A stretch of DNA of 64,000 nucleotides from NCBI GenBank assembly GCA_964016885.1, contig OZ024741.1, forward strand, positions 284,828,001-284,892,000, given 5' to 3'. Source of the DNA: Eledone cirrhosa (lineage: Eukaryota). Shown here piece after piece: positions 29,875 through 43,460 of this stretch; positions within the stretch are counted from its first letter, which is position 1; each line of letters opens with the position of its first letter. The notes below the pieces were generated by a model, which saw only the letters and a program-made list of their open reading frames with translations, did no database searches and had not been told where the DNA came from. The position numbers and the translations under genes were made by a program.

Positions 29875-30117
29875 ATTCCCGAGATTCATCGACGAGTTCT
29901 CTCCAGCGGTCTCTGTCCCTCATTATCGCTGCCATGTCCTGCGTCTCCAACAGACCAGTGTCTGTCTTTAGGGCATCAACAAACGTTAACCTTGGTCTTC
30001 CTTTTCCAGTGTGTCCATGTAGGGGCTCTCACGGGACCACTGAGTGCAATGTCAACTCTGGATATCGGTGAGCATGTCCAGCTAACCTCAGTCTCCTCTG
30101 TTTCACTTTTGAGCTGA
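29875..30117 (-). mobile_element. RTE/RTEX-like LINE 3' fragment
   Basis: RLRLAGHAHRYPEL....EPLHGHTGKGRPRLTFVDALKTDTG....MAAIMRDRDRWR. Confidence 0.7.
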
Positions 30118-30121
30118 CTTT

Positions 30122-30205
<84 letters not shown>

Positions 30206-30212
<7 letters not shown>

Positions 30213-30420
30213 TAACAGATTAAAGTTTAAGCAAAGAATCGGTGCTTAGTTTCAGAAGATCCCGTTAAGGGTGAAAGCAGCGATTCTTTGTTTAAACTTT
30301 AATCTGTTATTTTAATAAATATTTGCTCTACGGTTCTTATATATTTGATATATATTTATCCTTATCGAGCCCTCTTTGGATTTTAGTCTTCAAATTTATT
30401 ATTATTACTATATATATATA
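30206..30420 (+). mobile_element. Family A palindromic mini-element
   Basis: Matches 6-200. Core reads CAGAAGAtcccgttaagggtGAAA. Confidence 0.75.
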
Positions 30421-30860
30421 TATGAGGTCCGTAGAAAATGTATCTGATTTCATATCTCCTATGGGATGCAATGACTTTAAAAAGACAAGAAGGCTCAATA
30501 TGAAACCACATTCATTCATCTGCACGCGTGGACTTTGTTGTCAGATAGTCATCGGGTGAGGTATTGTACTACTGTCTTCTTGCATTTTGCTTTCGTCCGC
30601 ATTGATAGAATGTGCGGTGCTACGATTTCCATTAAGTTTCACCAAAAGCTTGGAGATACACAGGCTGAAAGAGTTCATATAATTGAACAGTCTTTAATGG
30701 CAATATCTTGAGTGTTACCTAAATAAAGTAATGGCACAAGAGGTTCAAAGATGACCGCATACTAGTGGAGAGTGACCATCATCCCAGAGGGTCCTCAAAG
30801 AGACCAATTGTTATTGCGACGAAAGCCTGGAACTTGATAGTGAAGGATCTCTCTCTGAGG
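30421..30860 (+). mobile_element. Tc1/mariner remnant (5' end and N-terminal HTH)
   Basis: Starts TA-TGAGG. Degenerate ISIKFHQKLGDTQAE...IK.WHKRFKDDRILVESDHHPRG. Confidence 0.65.
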
Positions 30861-30914
30861 TTTAGGAAATCGATGATTATTCTGCACCTGTGAAATGTGT
30901 ACCCTGTTGTGTAT

Positions 30915-31005
<91 letters not shown>

Positions 31006-32010
31006 TGCGTGTATGTATGTGTGTGTGCATGTGTGTGAGTGGGTGTTTGTGTGTGAAAAAGAGTGAGTGTGTGTGTGAGTGTTTGAAAGTATGTATTGTA
31101 TATCTGTATGTCAGTATCATAAAACTAGCATGCAACTTAGCTACTAGATCCGTAAATCTCAAATCAAATACTGAGTCAAATATGTTGTATCTAAAATGGA
31201 GAGACGAGATTTACCATAGGGTGAAACTTATCGACGAGCATATAAAAAAAGTACATGATTCTGTATAGAGGCGAATTATTAGAACGTTTTGTGCCATACG
31301 TTCCTTCTCTCTCAGTTCTGAGTTCAAATTGCACCTCAGGTCGGTAAATAAAGTACTAGTTAATTGCAAGGGTCGATTTTCCTCCAAGTCACACTAACCC
31401 TCTATCTCTTTTCTTGTAGAAATCATGTGTATTCGCTAGATTTAAATGAAGACACCCCTACTACTCCATTAAGATTTAAAGGCGAATAGCATATGGTTTT
31501 ACATAACCGTACTTATTGCCCGCCACCAATGGTTTTCATCTTAATATATCTCCTTCTCATTAAAGGTGATACATTTGGAAGCATTGAAAATTCTGTACGG
31601 AAATAATTCGTGAAGCCAAGTTCTTAGAGAACGGATTCATAGTCGTTTTTTCTAGAAAAATGTGCGTAGGTCGGTGACTCTTTTCATACATATACAGAAG
31701 TCCATCATTTTTATATTTATTCGAATATGTATAATATATTTTGCATGTTTTGGGATCATCAGCTATGGAAATTGCTGCGAGTTTTTTAATAATGTGATCT
31801 ATCTTCATAGAATTTAATGATACCTGATATGTGATATTTTCATGGGCATGAATTTGATTCGTTTATATGTGTGTGCGTGTCTGTATGTTTGTGTGCGCGT
31901 GTGTTCATGTGTGTGCGCGCGTGCCCCCGCATGTATATGTACGTGTGTATGTGTGCGCGTACGCACACCAATACATTCATATACATATATATATATATAT
32001 ATGTGTGTGT

Positions 32011-32072
<62 letters not shown>

Positions 32073-32101
32073 ATGCTTGTGTATATGTATATATACGTTT
32101 A

Positions 32102-32135
<34 letters not shown>

Positions 32136-32824
32136 TGCTTGTGTATATGTATATATACGTTTATGTATGTGCGAATACATATATGCATGCGTGTATATGT
32201 AATTCGATGGTATATGTATGTAAGTGTATATATTGAATATATACCTGAAAACCTAAGAGTACTGACATAGTCATCCCCATATTAAGTTAATCTTTGCACA
32301 TATCAGGAAAAAAAAGTATATAGCTGGTGGTTTCTATTAGCTTATGTAAGCATTCATAATTTGATAGAGAAATGTTCACATACGCAGCACGATAAAATAT
32401 CATAAATAACCCTCACAGAATACTGTGATATCTATCGCATTTGGCTGCGAATTGGTAGAGTTGTTAGAACTTCGGATCAAATGGTTTGCAGTATTCCTTC
32501 CGACTCTCCACACCCTGAGTTCACCACAGTTTACCACATTATACATTATTTTATGCCTTTACTGGTTTCAGTCATTAGACTGTCACCATGCTATGGCATC
32601 ACCTTGTTTTACTCTTAATGTAGGTTAGTCGTGACAGAGTCTGATAAAGTTGGTCCATTGCATACAGGGGCAATCTATCCAACAGTTTCTGTCAACCAAA
32701 TACTCACAAGGACCGAGCCCCGGCTGTGGGGAATGATACATAATCAAAATACCAGGCAGTAGGATTTCATGATTTTGATGTAAATAGCTAAAACATTCGG
32801 CCATGCTGAATTTATAGGCAAACT

Positions 32825-33450
32825 CTGCAAAAGAGAAATAGAAGCCGAAAACACTATTTATTTCACACCATCCTTCTCGTTGAACGACAAAACCAATACC
32901 GACAGAATCTTCCTAGTTCTAAATGACAAATAATTCCCCATTAACCATATTTATAGAAAGTTATTTAACAGTCATTTAAACCTTAAAACGAGGTTTAGCT
33001 CCACGCCCAACTTCAAAAGCATAGTCACTAATAAACCTCCACATTTGGAGGTTTATCTTGGAGGAACAGAAATAAATGGCCACTAGATGGAGCCTATGAA
33101 ACAGAGGCTTATAATCTGTGAAGCAACACTCAAATCAACACACTCAGGCCACAACACAAGTGATATAGGACGGCAGCTCATAGAACACTATAATAACCAT
33201 ACGACGTCGTTCCAGCTTCCAGAGAAAGGAAACACAATACAACTCTCCAGTTACGACTGGACACTTTTGAAGATTTTAAAGCCTGCTTTAACATCAGAAG
33301 CAAGTCTTGCCTCAACAGCGTAAACTTCGTCCTACGTTTCTGGTCGTTACCCGATAGCTGATACAACATTGGCGGTATGAGCAAAGGATAATCGCCAGGA
33401 ATTTGACTAGATATTAAATAGAGAGAAAACCACTCCCTTCTGCGTTTCAA
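32825..33450 (+). pseudogene. Highly degenerate Naiad-like PLE linker/endonuclease fragment
   Basis: RNRSRKHYYF.PSFSLNDKTNTDRIFLVLNDK.FPINHIYRKLFNSH...FSSTPNFKSIV resembles the Naiad linker seen at 6850-7000. Confidence 0.5.
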
Positions 33451-33599
33451 ACCCAAAGCCTTTATCAGAAATGAATACAATTGAAAAGATAATTTTTTCT
33501 TCCAAGGGATCCTTTGGATCAGACAAAATAAAAACGTCGATCCATCGATCCTGCCAGTTCATCAATTCAATAATTAGATATGGTAAACGCATAACAAGG

Positions 33600-34285
33600 T
33601 GGTGAAATAGTAGTGTGGTTAAAATATCGGATAAAATGCTTGGTATTAATCGTTCTGATTCTCTGCATTTTGAGTTCTAAGCCCACCGAATTCTCCCTTT
33701 CGATGTCGTTAAATAAAATACTCAATCATCTAGTACTGGGTTCAGTTATGAAGACTCTCCTCACCCCGCTCGCTCTAAAAAATCGCCTCTCTCCTCACGA
33801 CATTCTCATTTTTCCGCCTCTCGTCACCTACAGGACAGCTGGAATCACATTATATTATATTCGTGCTTATATGGCGGCGTAGTGACAAAATTGTTAGCGA
33901 GTTGGGGAAAAATTGCTTTCTAGTATTTAGTTCTGACATTCTACATTCTGGGTTCCAAACTCGCCGAGGTTAACTTTGCGTCATCCTTCCTGAGTTGGTA
34001 AAATAAAATACCAGTGAAGTACTGGTATCGATTTAATCGACTTTCCATCTTCGTAAAATTTCTGGCTTTGTGTCACTATTAGAAACCATTTAGGATATTG
34101 GCCTAACAGAATTGTTAGAGCGTCAGACAAGTGTTTAGCAGTATTTGTTCACGCTTTTTATATTTAAGTTCGATTCACACCTAGGGCAATGTTTTCTTTC
34201 ATCCTTTCGAGGTCGATAATTTAAAGTACCATTAAAGTATAATCGACTTTCCTCTCTCCACAAATTTCTGGCCTTGTGAAATAAT
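33600..34285 (+). mobile_element. Three SINE S1 copies
   Basis: S1 cores at about 33670, 33950 and 34165. Confidence 0.7.
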
Positions 34286-34870
34286 TATACTAGTGATTAC
34301 ATAAAACGGACTAAATGAAGTGAAGCAGTTACATATTCAATAGAGAAACTGTCATATAACCACTGAACTTATATCTCCTTGCACTATGAAAATCAAAACT
34401 ACATTCGGAAATTTTGTATACCGATGAAAAAAAATTATCGGAATTTATACAGTTTTAGGAAAAATTATTCTAAATATTTAATAAGAGAGAAAACAATATA
34501 CTACAAAGAACACTTTTTTCTCAATGCATTATTGCTAGACGCAAATTTTGCGAGAGAAAATTTAGCATTGTGTAACAACTTTTAATATCATTATAAAAAA
34601 AACAAACAGTTTCAGTTAACTATGATTCTTGAACATTTGTGCAGACATTAAAGAAACGGTAAAAAAAAACTATACAATGGTTACGTACACATAAGTAGAT
34701 AGAAAATCCAGGATTGTACAAATCTTTGTATGACATTTTGTTTGTTGTACTGAAAATAGACGGTTTTGGGATTATTTCCCAACCTTTAATTCTATTCTAA
34801 TACCGCACACGTACATACGCACACAGACAGACAGATAGACAGACAGACAAACAGACAGACATACAGACAG

Positions 34871-34924
<54 letters not shown>

Positions 34925-34939
34925 GTGGGTGTCTTTGTT

Positions 34940-35100
34940 CTTAGGGACCAGTATCGTTTCTGATCCAGAAATAGCCGTCGAAACGGCCTGAGCTCTGCCG
35001 TCGGGGTCTTGAACATTTACTTATTACCCACTCTACTACCCTAAGTATTGAGTACTCTGGTGAGTTATGGTCCACCTGGTTCCTTACCACATTTCCTTCG

Positions 35101-35105
<5 letters not shown>
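34940..35105 (+). mobile_element. Family F 3' fragment (hammerhead 3' half)
   Basis: ccagaaatagccgtc GAAA cggc-ctgagctct-gccg TC ggggt...ccttcgtta followed by (TA)n. Confidence 0.75.
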
Positions 35106-35157
<52 letters not shown>

Positions 35158-35217
35158 CGCACACAGATGTATATACATATCATTTATATATGTCCATAGG
35201 TACATATATAAAGGATA

Positions 35218-35502
35218 AAGATCCCATAACTCCCTGTGGAGTCGTAGAGGTACCGTCATACGGCGTGTCTAGGGCACATTTAAACCTGGCAGAGGCCAAC
35301 CATCTCCAGGTCTGACCACAGCGGATATTTCTATAGAGTAAGAATCGACCCCAGCACTGGATTGGCATTTTTTTATCGACCTCGAAAGGATGAAAGGTAA
35401 AATTGGCCATGGTAGCATTTGAACTCAGAGAGCGCAATAAGGTGGGAGGAATACCGTAAAGCATTCTATCCGACGTCTTAACGACTCTGCCAATTCGCCA
35501 CC
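35218..35502 (-). mobile_element. SINE S1 with extended 3' module
   Basis: Same layout as 16612-16922. Confidence 0.75.
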
Positions 35503-36054
35503 ATACATACGTATATATACACATGAAACCATACAAACATGCATACATGCATACATACATACATACATACATACATACATACAGTTGCGGACTGGTCAGA
35601 GTGCTAGGTTGCCCAATGCCAAGTGGGCCCACGGTAGCATTGCAAGAGCCCACAGTAGCATTACAGGGCCCACTGTAGTATTGTAGAGGCCAATGCTTTG
35701 CTTTCAAAAAATACCTGAAGTCTAAGAGAAGGGATAAAATGAAAAAAAAACAAATAATAAACCAATTAAACAAAGCATTTGGTCAGCCAATTCCTCAGGG
35801 AATTAATAGCAACAAAAATATACGATAGTGCAAATAGCTGGAATCAGTGGTTTTACATTCTACTAAATCTAAAGCTGAGTGTATTTATTCATGCTTGCAA
35901 ACATACATATATAGACACACACACCCAGACAAGAATATATATATATTTATATACTTACACACGAGCTACTGTCCAAATAATATTTGGTATCAATGGGTTA
36001 AAGACATCTGTCAAATTAGTGGTGAAGGTGGTGTCTATATATATCTATATATCT

Positions 36055-36790
36055 GAAGTCCCTAGCCTGGCAGTGCTACAGAGGGGCTCTACCCGTTCGA
36101 GAAAGGCTCTACAGACGCGGGCGCCCGGGTAGGGACCCCGCCAAAAAGATCTGTCCCAGATGCCTGTGCGACGAGGAAACCGTTGCACACGCATTGGTAC
36201 ATTGGTACATTGCTCGAGTGTAGCCGATCTGTGGGGCTATGTCGAGCGACTGCTGTCACGGGTGGGACCGATCCGGTTGACCACCGAAGCCATTGTAACG
36301 ATTAAGCCCCCCCCTTCAAAATTGAAGGAGAGGCGGTGTTTCTGTGCGTAATAGCCATGGTGAAAGAGGTTGTATGGTGGACGCGTCTGAAAGGACTGAG
36401 GTCAGACACCTTTCTCTCTGGTCAACAACTAATCCGTTTCTTCCAATATCATTTCGGAAGAAGGATCAGGATGGAGAGAGAGATGCTCCACCCCAGTCAT
36501 TTTTATGGAAGGTGGGTGAAAGTGGTCAGAATGGCCTGTAGATGGAAAAAATGAATGAACGAGGGAGCACCCTCTCTCTGTGCTCCTGAGGAGAAGGGTT
36601 GCGCACTTTATTCGGGGGTGTGTGCGACCCCCCAAAACGCCTCCTCCCTATTGAGGACTTTATTGTTAATTTTATATTTATTTGTTTTCTTTACTCGCCT
36701 TTTTTGTATAACCCCCCCCCCCCTTGTATTTGTCCCCTTCTTTTGCGCCCTCGTGGCAATAAATAGAAATATATCTATATATCTATATCT
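36055..36790 (+). mobile_element. Tx1-like LINE 3' fragment
   Basis: SLAWQCYRGALPVRERLYRRG..ICPRC..EETVAH..C, KEVVWWTRLKGLRSD. 3' UTR ends aataaatagaaatatatctatat. Confidence 0.9.
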
Positions 36791-37049
36791 AAATATATCT
36801 ATATATATATATAGAGAGAGAGAGAGATAGATAGATAGACACACACACACACACACATACACACACAAACACACACACACACATATATATTGAGTAAGTG
36901 TGAAAGACCAAGGGTCATTATTGAAAGTCTCTGGATTTCGCAAAATACATAATATTTTTTATTGGAGAAACTAAGATATTTTCCCGCAAAAATTTTATTG
37001 CACTATTTTGTTTCCATTTATGTATTTTTGAAAATATTATTTATTCATT

Positions 37050-39375
37050 ATAAAAATTAAATGATAGCAGATGGAGAAAAATATGGGGTTAAAAGAAGAA
37101 TTTCAACCAAGATGCAGTGTGGTTAAAAGAAATCCAAAAGAACTATTGCTCCCACACAACAAAAAAGAAAAAAGAAAAGCATACGAAATAAATGAGGATA
37201 TCCTTGAGACTGTGATAGAAAAACTCCCAAAACAAGAAAACATCACGAAGAGACTTGATTGTCGGCTAACGGTACAAAAAACTGATATTCTATCGGATGT
37301 ATCTTATCGACCTCTACCAACAAGCCCCCAAGGGAGATAAACATAAACCAGACTGGTTGACATTAGCACAAACGATACTGGTCCCTAAGAACAAATACAC
37401 CTACTTGGCAAAACACTACCGACCCATTGCATGCCAGATCCTGATGTTTAAGATGTATACAGCCTGCCTGAACCTATTTCTCCAAGATCACTGTCAAAAT
37501 AATAACATCATCACATATGAACAAGCAGCTGGAAAGAAAGGTGTTTGGGGGTGGTGGTGCAGAACAACTCTTAATTAACAAAACTGCGATATCAGAGGTG
37601 CGACAACTTAGGAAAAATATAGCTACAGGCTGGCTGGACTACAGAAAAGTGTTTGATTCTGTTCCCCACTCTTGGATGATAGAGATCCTCCGACTTGCTA
37701 AAGTCCCAGACATTATTATCAGAGCCATAGAGAAGCTGTCCTCTTCTTGGGCTACTATCCTAAAGTTTAAAACAGATAAAACTGATAAAATAGAATATCA
37801 CAGAGGTATATTTCAAGGAAACAGTCACTGTGCTGCTATTTATCCTGTCATTGTACCTATTGTCCTGTTTGCCCAAGAAATGTGAAGGATACAACATTGG
37901 CTCACAGGAGGATAGAAATATGAACTTAACCCATAATTTCTTTGTGGATCACCTAAAAATCTATGCCAAGAAAATAAATGGGATGAGGCAAAATCTTGAC
38001 CTGGTTACAACGTTCTCAAAGAATATAGGAATGGATTTTGGCCAAGATAAATATTCATATATGATTGTAAAGCAGGGAAAAACTACAACCCAATCTAACA
38101 ACATTTTTATCAATGGCCTAACTGTTTCACCGATATCTGATGAGGACTGCTACAGATATCCGGGGCTAGATGAGAACATATCCTATAATGATATGTGTAA
38201 TAAGGAACGCTTAGCCAGCGATTACACCCGAATAAGAAAAATATGGCCATCGGAACTCTGCGCACAATAAAACAGTGGCTCAAAATGTGTTTGCTGTGCC
38301 TGTCCTAACACCAACGTTTGGAATATTGGTTGGATAGACGAAATCTGAGCAATTGATGTTAAAACTCGAAACATTCTAAACAACACCGGAAACTTCCACA
38401 TCAACAGTGACATAGACCGCTGGTATTTGAAACGTAAACAGGAAGGCAGAGGGCTAACATCAGTCCAGACAGCATTTGAATGTCGCATCATATCCCTCCG
38501 ACAACATTTACGAACCTCCAAACGTAGGAGTTCATCTATTGGGCAAATATATCTACATGAGACAGAGTAGATAATGAGAGTTGAGAAAGAACTCCTTGAA
38601 AGATACACCCTGCATGATAAATCCAAAGCTCACACCCAGGGGATTTAACCAGCAGTGCCGCTGTGAATCCATGGATGAAAAACTGCATGCTTGTCAGCAA
38701 AAAATCATGCAGGGATATGTTGCCAGGAAGCTCCAGAATGAGAATAATATAGATAAGTAAAGTAGTCTATCTTGGACCAACAACCGCTATATTGGCTCCC
38801 ACTTTGAAGGATATGCTTTTGCAATCCAAGAATAGGAAATCAACACAAAATACCTGATTCACAAAAGAGATAGGGATGCAGGCAAAACACCTAGATGTGA
38901 CAACAAGTGCAGACTCTGCAGAATTAACATCGAAGATGTCGCCCATGTCATAAGCAGCTGTCCAAAGATGTCATCGCTGTACTATCTATCTATGAGGCAT
39001 GATGTAGTAGCCAAAACACTATACAATGCAATCCGTAGAAAAGATAGCCCCGACAATAAACACATTAAAAGCTACAACAATGGGGAAGAAATACACATAC
39101 ATAATATGAAAGAGTACTGGTGAAATGTTCCAGTCAAAACCCCAATAAAATGCAAACATAACAGACGAGATATAATATGGGGCAGGGAAAAGAAGGCATA
39201 CACAGTAGTGGAAGTTAGCTGCTCAGCAGATGCTAATATAATTTTAAAGATCAGCAAAAAGGAGAATATCAATGCAGAAATAATAAGAAATCTGCAGATA
39301 CTACACCCTGTCTCTACCTTCAGATTTATACCTGTGATTTTGGGGGCACAGGGATATGTTAAGTACAAATCTTGA
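37050..39375 (+). pseudogene. Degenerate R4/Dong-clade LINE (RT, CCHC, restriction-like endonuclease)
   Basis: HYRPIAC..MFKMYT, EQAAGKKG, EQLLINK, WLDYRKVFDSVPHSW, RGIFQG, THNFFVDHLKIY, CRLCRINIEDVAHVISSC, RHDVVAK, KHNRRDI, VEVSC. Many stops and frameshifts. Confidence 0.85.
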
Positions 39376-39419
39376 GAAGCTAGGCCAATCCCACTCTCTG
39401 AGTAACAGTAGCTATAACC

Positions 39420-40280
39420 CGAAAAGAAGAAAAGATCAACATCATCGGTAACTACTGAGACGCAGATTTTATGTCGGAGTTATCCCAGTTTCCTGAGTTG
39501 CCTTCTCCTAGAAGAATGCCCTGATAAAGGCTAGGGGTCTTTCACTCCCAGTGGTTTAACCGCGCGATTGGGTATCCAATCATGCATACATACATGGTGG
39601 TGGCTGCGAACTCGTTTTCGAGTACGGCCACTACTTTATATCCATGTAGGAGAACCCCTACCGATGCGCTGAACGAGTGTGACTTTTTAGTCCAGCCAGC
39701 AACTTGAAAACTCTGGTACAAACACTACACTTGTGACAATTATTGACACATAGTGCTGGGCCCATGGTATCATGTGACGACAAGTGCAGAGAGATCTCCA
39801 GATATAAAGCAATGCCTCTGCCGTGAAGCTTTTATAGTGAGCAAAGGCACTGCACAAAGCCAGTCCCACTCTCTTAACCAAGATGATATTTACCAAAAAG
39901 AAGAACAAGTCAACATCATTGGATACCATCAGGGTTGCAGGTGTTATATCAGAGTTTTCCTTCTCCTAGAATTCTGCCTTGACAAAGGCTAAGGGGTCAT
40001 CTCTCCCGGTGATTTTGGATGGCCATTGACTCTTAAGAGCTCCTTTTCCCTTTGACAGGTTTTGTTTTTAGTCCTGCAAGATGTCCAAAGTCACCCTCCT
40101 CACCAAGAAACCTTGGTGGGGTTGCCAGTTTAGTCGCCAACAACCCGACCATGAGACAGGTTGTACTGGGATACATGTTACCAGTAGCACCAACTGGTGA
40201 ACTGACATAAAACATACATACATACATACATACATGATGGCTGGCCCCTCGTTATCGAGTATGACCATTGCACGATATAC
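39420..40280 (-). mobile_element. RTE-related non-autonomous/UTR remnants
   Basis: Two related blocks (39420-39560, 39895-40010) share ccttctcctaga..tgcc.tga.aaaggcta. 40040-40200 resembles RTE 5' regions (ggtgaggagggtgac). (CATA)n boundaries. Confidence 0.45.
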
Positions 40281-40329
40281 CATTATTAATAATTATTAAT
40301 TAATTCTATTGTGCAATGCCTGTGCGTGA

Positions 40330-41445
40330 AGATACATACACACCTACAAAATGGGTATATCGCCACCACCTGATCCCCCTCTCACACATCTGTGGTATGA
40401 ACATGACACTTTAGCCCCGCCGAGGACTTACATTAATTTCTGTATATGTTGTAGGGATGAACATTACTTCTACTTTGATTCGCTGTTTTGTTTTGGTGAG
40501 CTTTAAAATGACGTTGGGGTCCACCGGCCGAGACTCATTTTTTTCAACATTTCCGACAGAAAGAAAATTGCCAAAGAGACCATGATAGCAACAGTCTGTG
40601 TATTACTTCTCTGATTACTTGTTACTGGGGCAAATTCGGCCACAATCATACCACATAAAGTCATTTTAGGTATCTGGAAATCCAGGTAAAGTTATATCGT
40701 ATAAACCTTTACGCTGACCACTCTTTGATTTTTCATTGTCCACGTGAGATTTTTCAAATTCCTGTTTTCCATTAAACACCGTTTTCCTCCAAGTTATCTT
40801 CTTTGAGTTTTGGTTCATTCCTTGCTCATTTACCTTTGACTAACTGCTTAGGAGTACGATGATCTGGCATCCTTACAACATGACTGTTCCAACGACATCT
40901 ATATTGAATTATGAGAGATTCAATACTTTAAGAATGATTTCGTTCCAGCACTTCAACATTACTCTTATGTGATTGCCAATGGATACACAACATTTGAAAA
41001 AGCCACTGTTGTTGAAATTGTTCAAGCATTTTTATATTTCGGTGGAATTTAACTCACTTTTATAATGGATACAGCAATGAAGACAATACACGTTCTGTAT
41101 ACTTTGTATCAATGGAAATCCCTCATCGACACCAGAGACACCCATCTAATTTAGCAAAAGAACTGCTTGCTTTTTTTAGTTATAAAGAGATTTCAGTATC
41201 AAGGGTGTTTGTCCTGTTAACTGTACTGCCTAAATACAGAAATCTATCCACAACATTCACTGTTTTGCCATACACATACATGCTTGGCTCAGTGAAATCC
41301 TTGTCTAGAGCTGGTTGAGACATGATAACTGTCTTGGCTGGATTGATTGTTAGATCCAATGCACTGCCAACCTCGGAAAAAGAATCCCTCAGGTACTGCA
41401 TATCACTGTCAAAGTGAGCAACAAAATCACAATCATCTGCATTCA
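40330..41445 (-). pseudogene. Degenerate RTE (BovB-like) RT C-terminal region
   Basis: LNADDCDFVAHFDSDMQYLRDSFSEVGSALDLTINPAKTVIMSQP...VVDRFLYLGSTV...LDTEI. Confidence 0.75.
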
Positions 41446-41455
41446 AGCATTCACA

Positions 41456-41570
41456 CCTGAGTTCAAATCCCACCGAGGTTAACTTTGCCTTTCATCCTTA
41501 CGGGGTCGAGGAAATAAAGTACCAGTAAAGTACAATTGCTGGCCTCGTGCCAAAAGTAGAAACTACTGTT
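41456..41570 (+). mobile_element. SINE S1 3' part, truncating the RTE remnant
   Basis: ctgagttcaaatcccaccgaggttaactttgcctttcatccttacggggtcg...gtgccaaaagtagaaac. Confidence 0.85.
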
Positions 41571-41919
41571 ATGCCAAATCCATGGGAATTTTTATCGGAG
41601 AGATAACTGATGTGAAAGAAGTGTATATTCATCTAAGTCTAAGACAAATGTGCGTAAAATACATTAATTGATATATATCACTGCCATCTTGTTGTTTACA
41701 AGCCATCAAATGGATTTCGTAGATGTAGCAAATCAAATATTTTATTCTGCTATAAATTGGAAAGTCCTCAATACAGGAAAACTATTTTTTCCACCTTTAT
41801 AATTTTTTGTGTATGTAAATACTTGAGTGTTACATGAAATATAACGGTTAATATTGAAAATAAACATCTGTAACAATACACACGTACGTACGATAAATAT
41901 TTACGTTCTCTCTTAAATT

Positions 41920-42805
41920 CCATAGAGCTTCTACAAAATAATCAATTAAGGCCAATTTTAAAGATTTTTATAAAATTATGTAAAACGAATTTATTGTTTG
42001 TATATTTGCAATAAATATGTTATCAATAAAAAAAAATTACATTTAACTATCAAATATAATAATAATATAACTTCATGGGTTTATACAAAATAATGACATA
42101 GATACGCATTTTGAAGATACAAATATTCAAGATAAAAGATAATGAATTTTATGTTTGCAAAACATATATGTGTTAATAAAAATCATGTTTAAATATCAAT
42201 TACAATCATAATTGTTTCTACTTTTGGCACAAGGCCAGCAATTACCCATTACATTACTGGTACTTTATTTTATCGACCCCGTAAGGATGAAAGGCAAAGT
42301 TAACCTCGGCGGGAATTGAACTCAGATAATAATGTTAAATCATGGTGCTTATAAAAAATAATTAAATAAATACCTATTTTGAAAATAAATATATTTATAA
42401 ACTTGAAGATAAAAATTAAATATGACGATTCATTTGTATATTTGTAATCAATATATGTTATCAATAAAAATAATATTGTTTCAATTACAATGGCGATGTA
42501 ATTTCATGAGGTCTTATAAAAAATAATTAAATACTAGTTTTGAAAATAATAATATTCATTAAATAAAAAATAAACTTAAATATAACAAATTCCTCATTTG
42601 TATATTCCTAATGAATGTAAATCAATAAAATGTATACTGTTTAACTCCGCGTGACAATTATTATATAATTCAAGTTCTTGGTGTTTATACAAAATAATAT
42701 TAATACTCATTTTGAAAATAAAAATATTTATTTTTTATTAACTTAAAATATAACAAATGTCTGATTTGCATATCTGCAATTAATATATGTTATCAATAAA
42801 AAGAA
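41920..42805. repeat. Degenerate AT-rich tandem repeat (~150-175-bp unit, ~5 units) interrupted by a SINE
   Basis: tatgttatcaataaaaa, tttgtatatttg.aat and attttgaaaata recur near 42016, 42167, 42455, 42615 and 42786. Minus-strand S1 SINE at 42206-42325. Confidence 0.65.
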
Positions 42806-42849
42806 ACAAGTTGCAAAAAATAAAAAATAAAAATTATATCCAAACTACA

Positions 42850-43460
42850 ATCTACAAGTTTTCCTCTTCGAAATAATCCCCTCGACTCTAACGCACTTTC
42901 CCATCCTTCTCACGCCTCCATGTACACCTGGAAGTATTTAACCGGTATTCTCCGCAGCTCCCTCGTCACGATCCTCTTGATGGCTTTCACGTCCGGAAAA
43001 CGGGTCATTCTCGAAGATACGTTACTCATCACCGGTGATGTCTCTCCTCAGCAAGTCTTGTTTGGTTTCAATACGCCTGAGGATGTCCTGACACACAACC
43101 ATAAGCCGCTCCTTCTGATCATCGTTCAGCAACTTCGGTGATAATCTTTCAAACGCTGTCACGGTTCATGACAAGCTAACAGTCAGTCGACGACGTAGAG
43201 GGATTTCTGCTCTGCTTCTGGGGTCGTCTCCCACATTTTGTGCCGCTCAAAAACCCGTGAGCGTGACATCGTTTCATCTATGAGTCCTTCTGGCGAAATT
43301 TTCCCCAGCCGGACCAGAAACTTCATAGTGGTTCGTTGCTCTGTGCTCATCGCTCGACGGCTTAAAATTGAGGAACTCATAACAAAAGGACGTGAAAGAG
43401 ATCGCAGTTTATACTCCCCAGATATTACATCACATCGTGACGCAATCCTAACCCTAATAC
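42850..43460 (-). mobile_element. Internally deleted mariner remnant
   Basis: N-terminal EQRTTMKFLVRLGK...TMSRSRVFERHK and C-terminal KCVRVEGDYFE. Confidence 0.75.

Noticed and set aside
34973-34988. gccgtcGAAAcggc hairpin as a novel RNA motif
   Set aside because: Better explained as the 3' half of a hammerhead (stem II 3' strand, GAAA, stem III closing at GUC).
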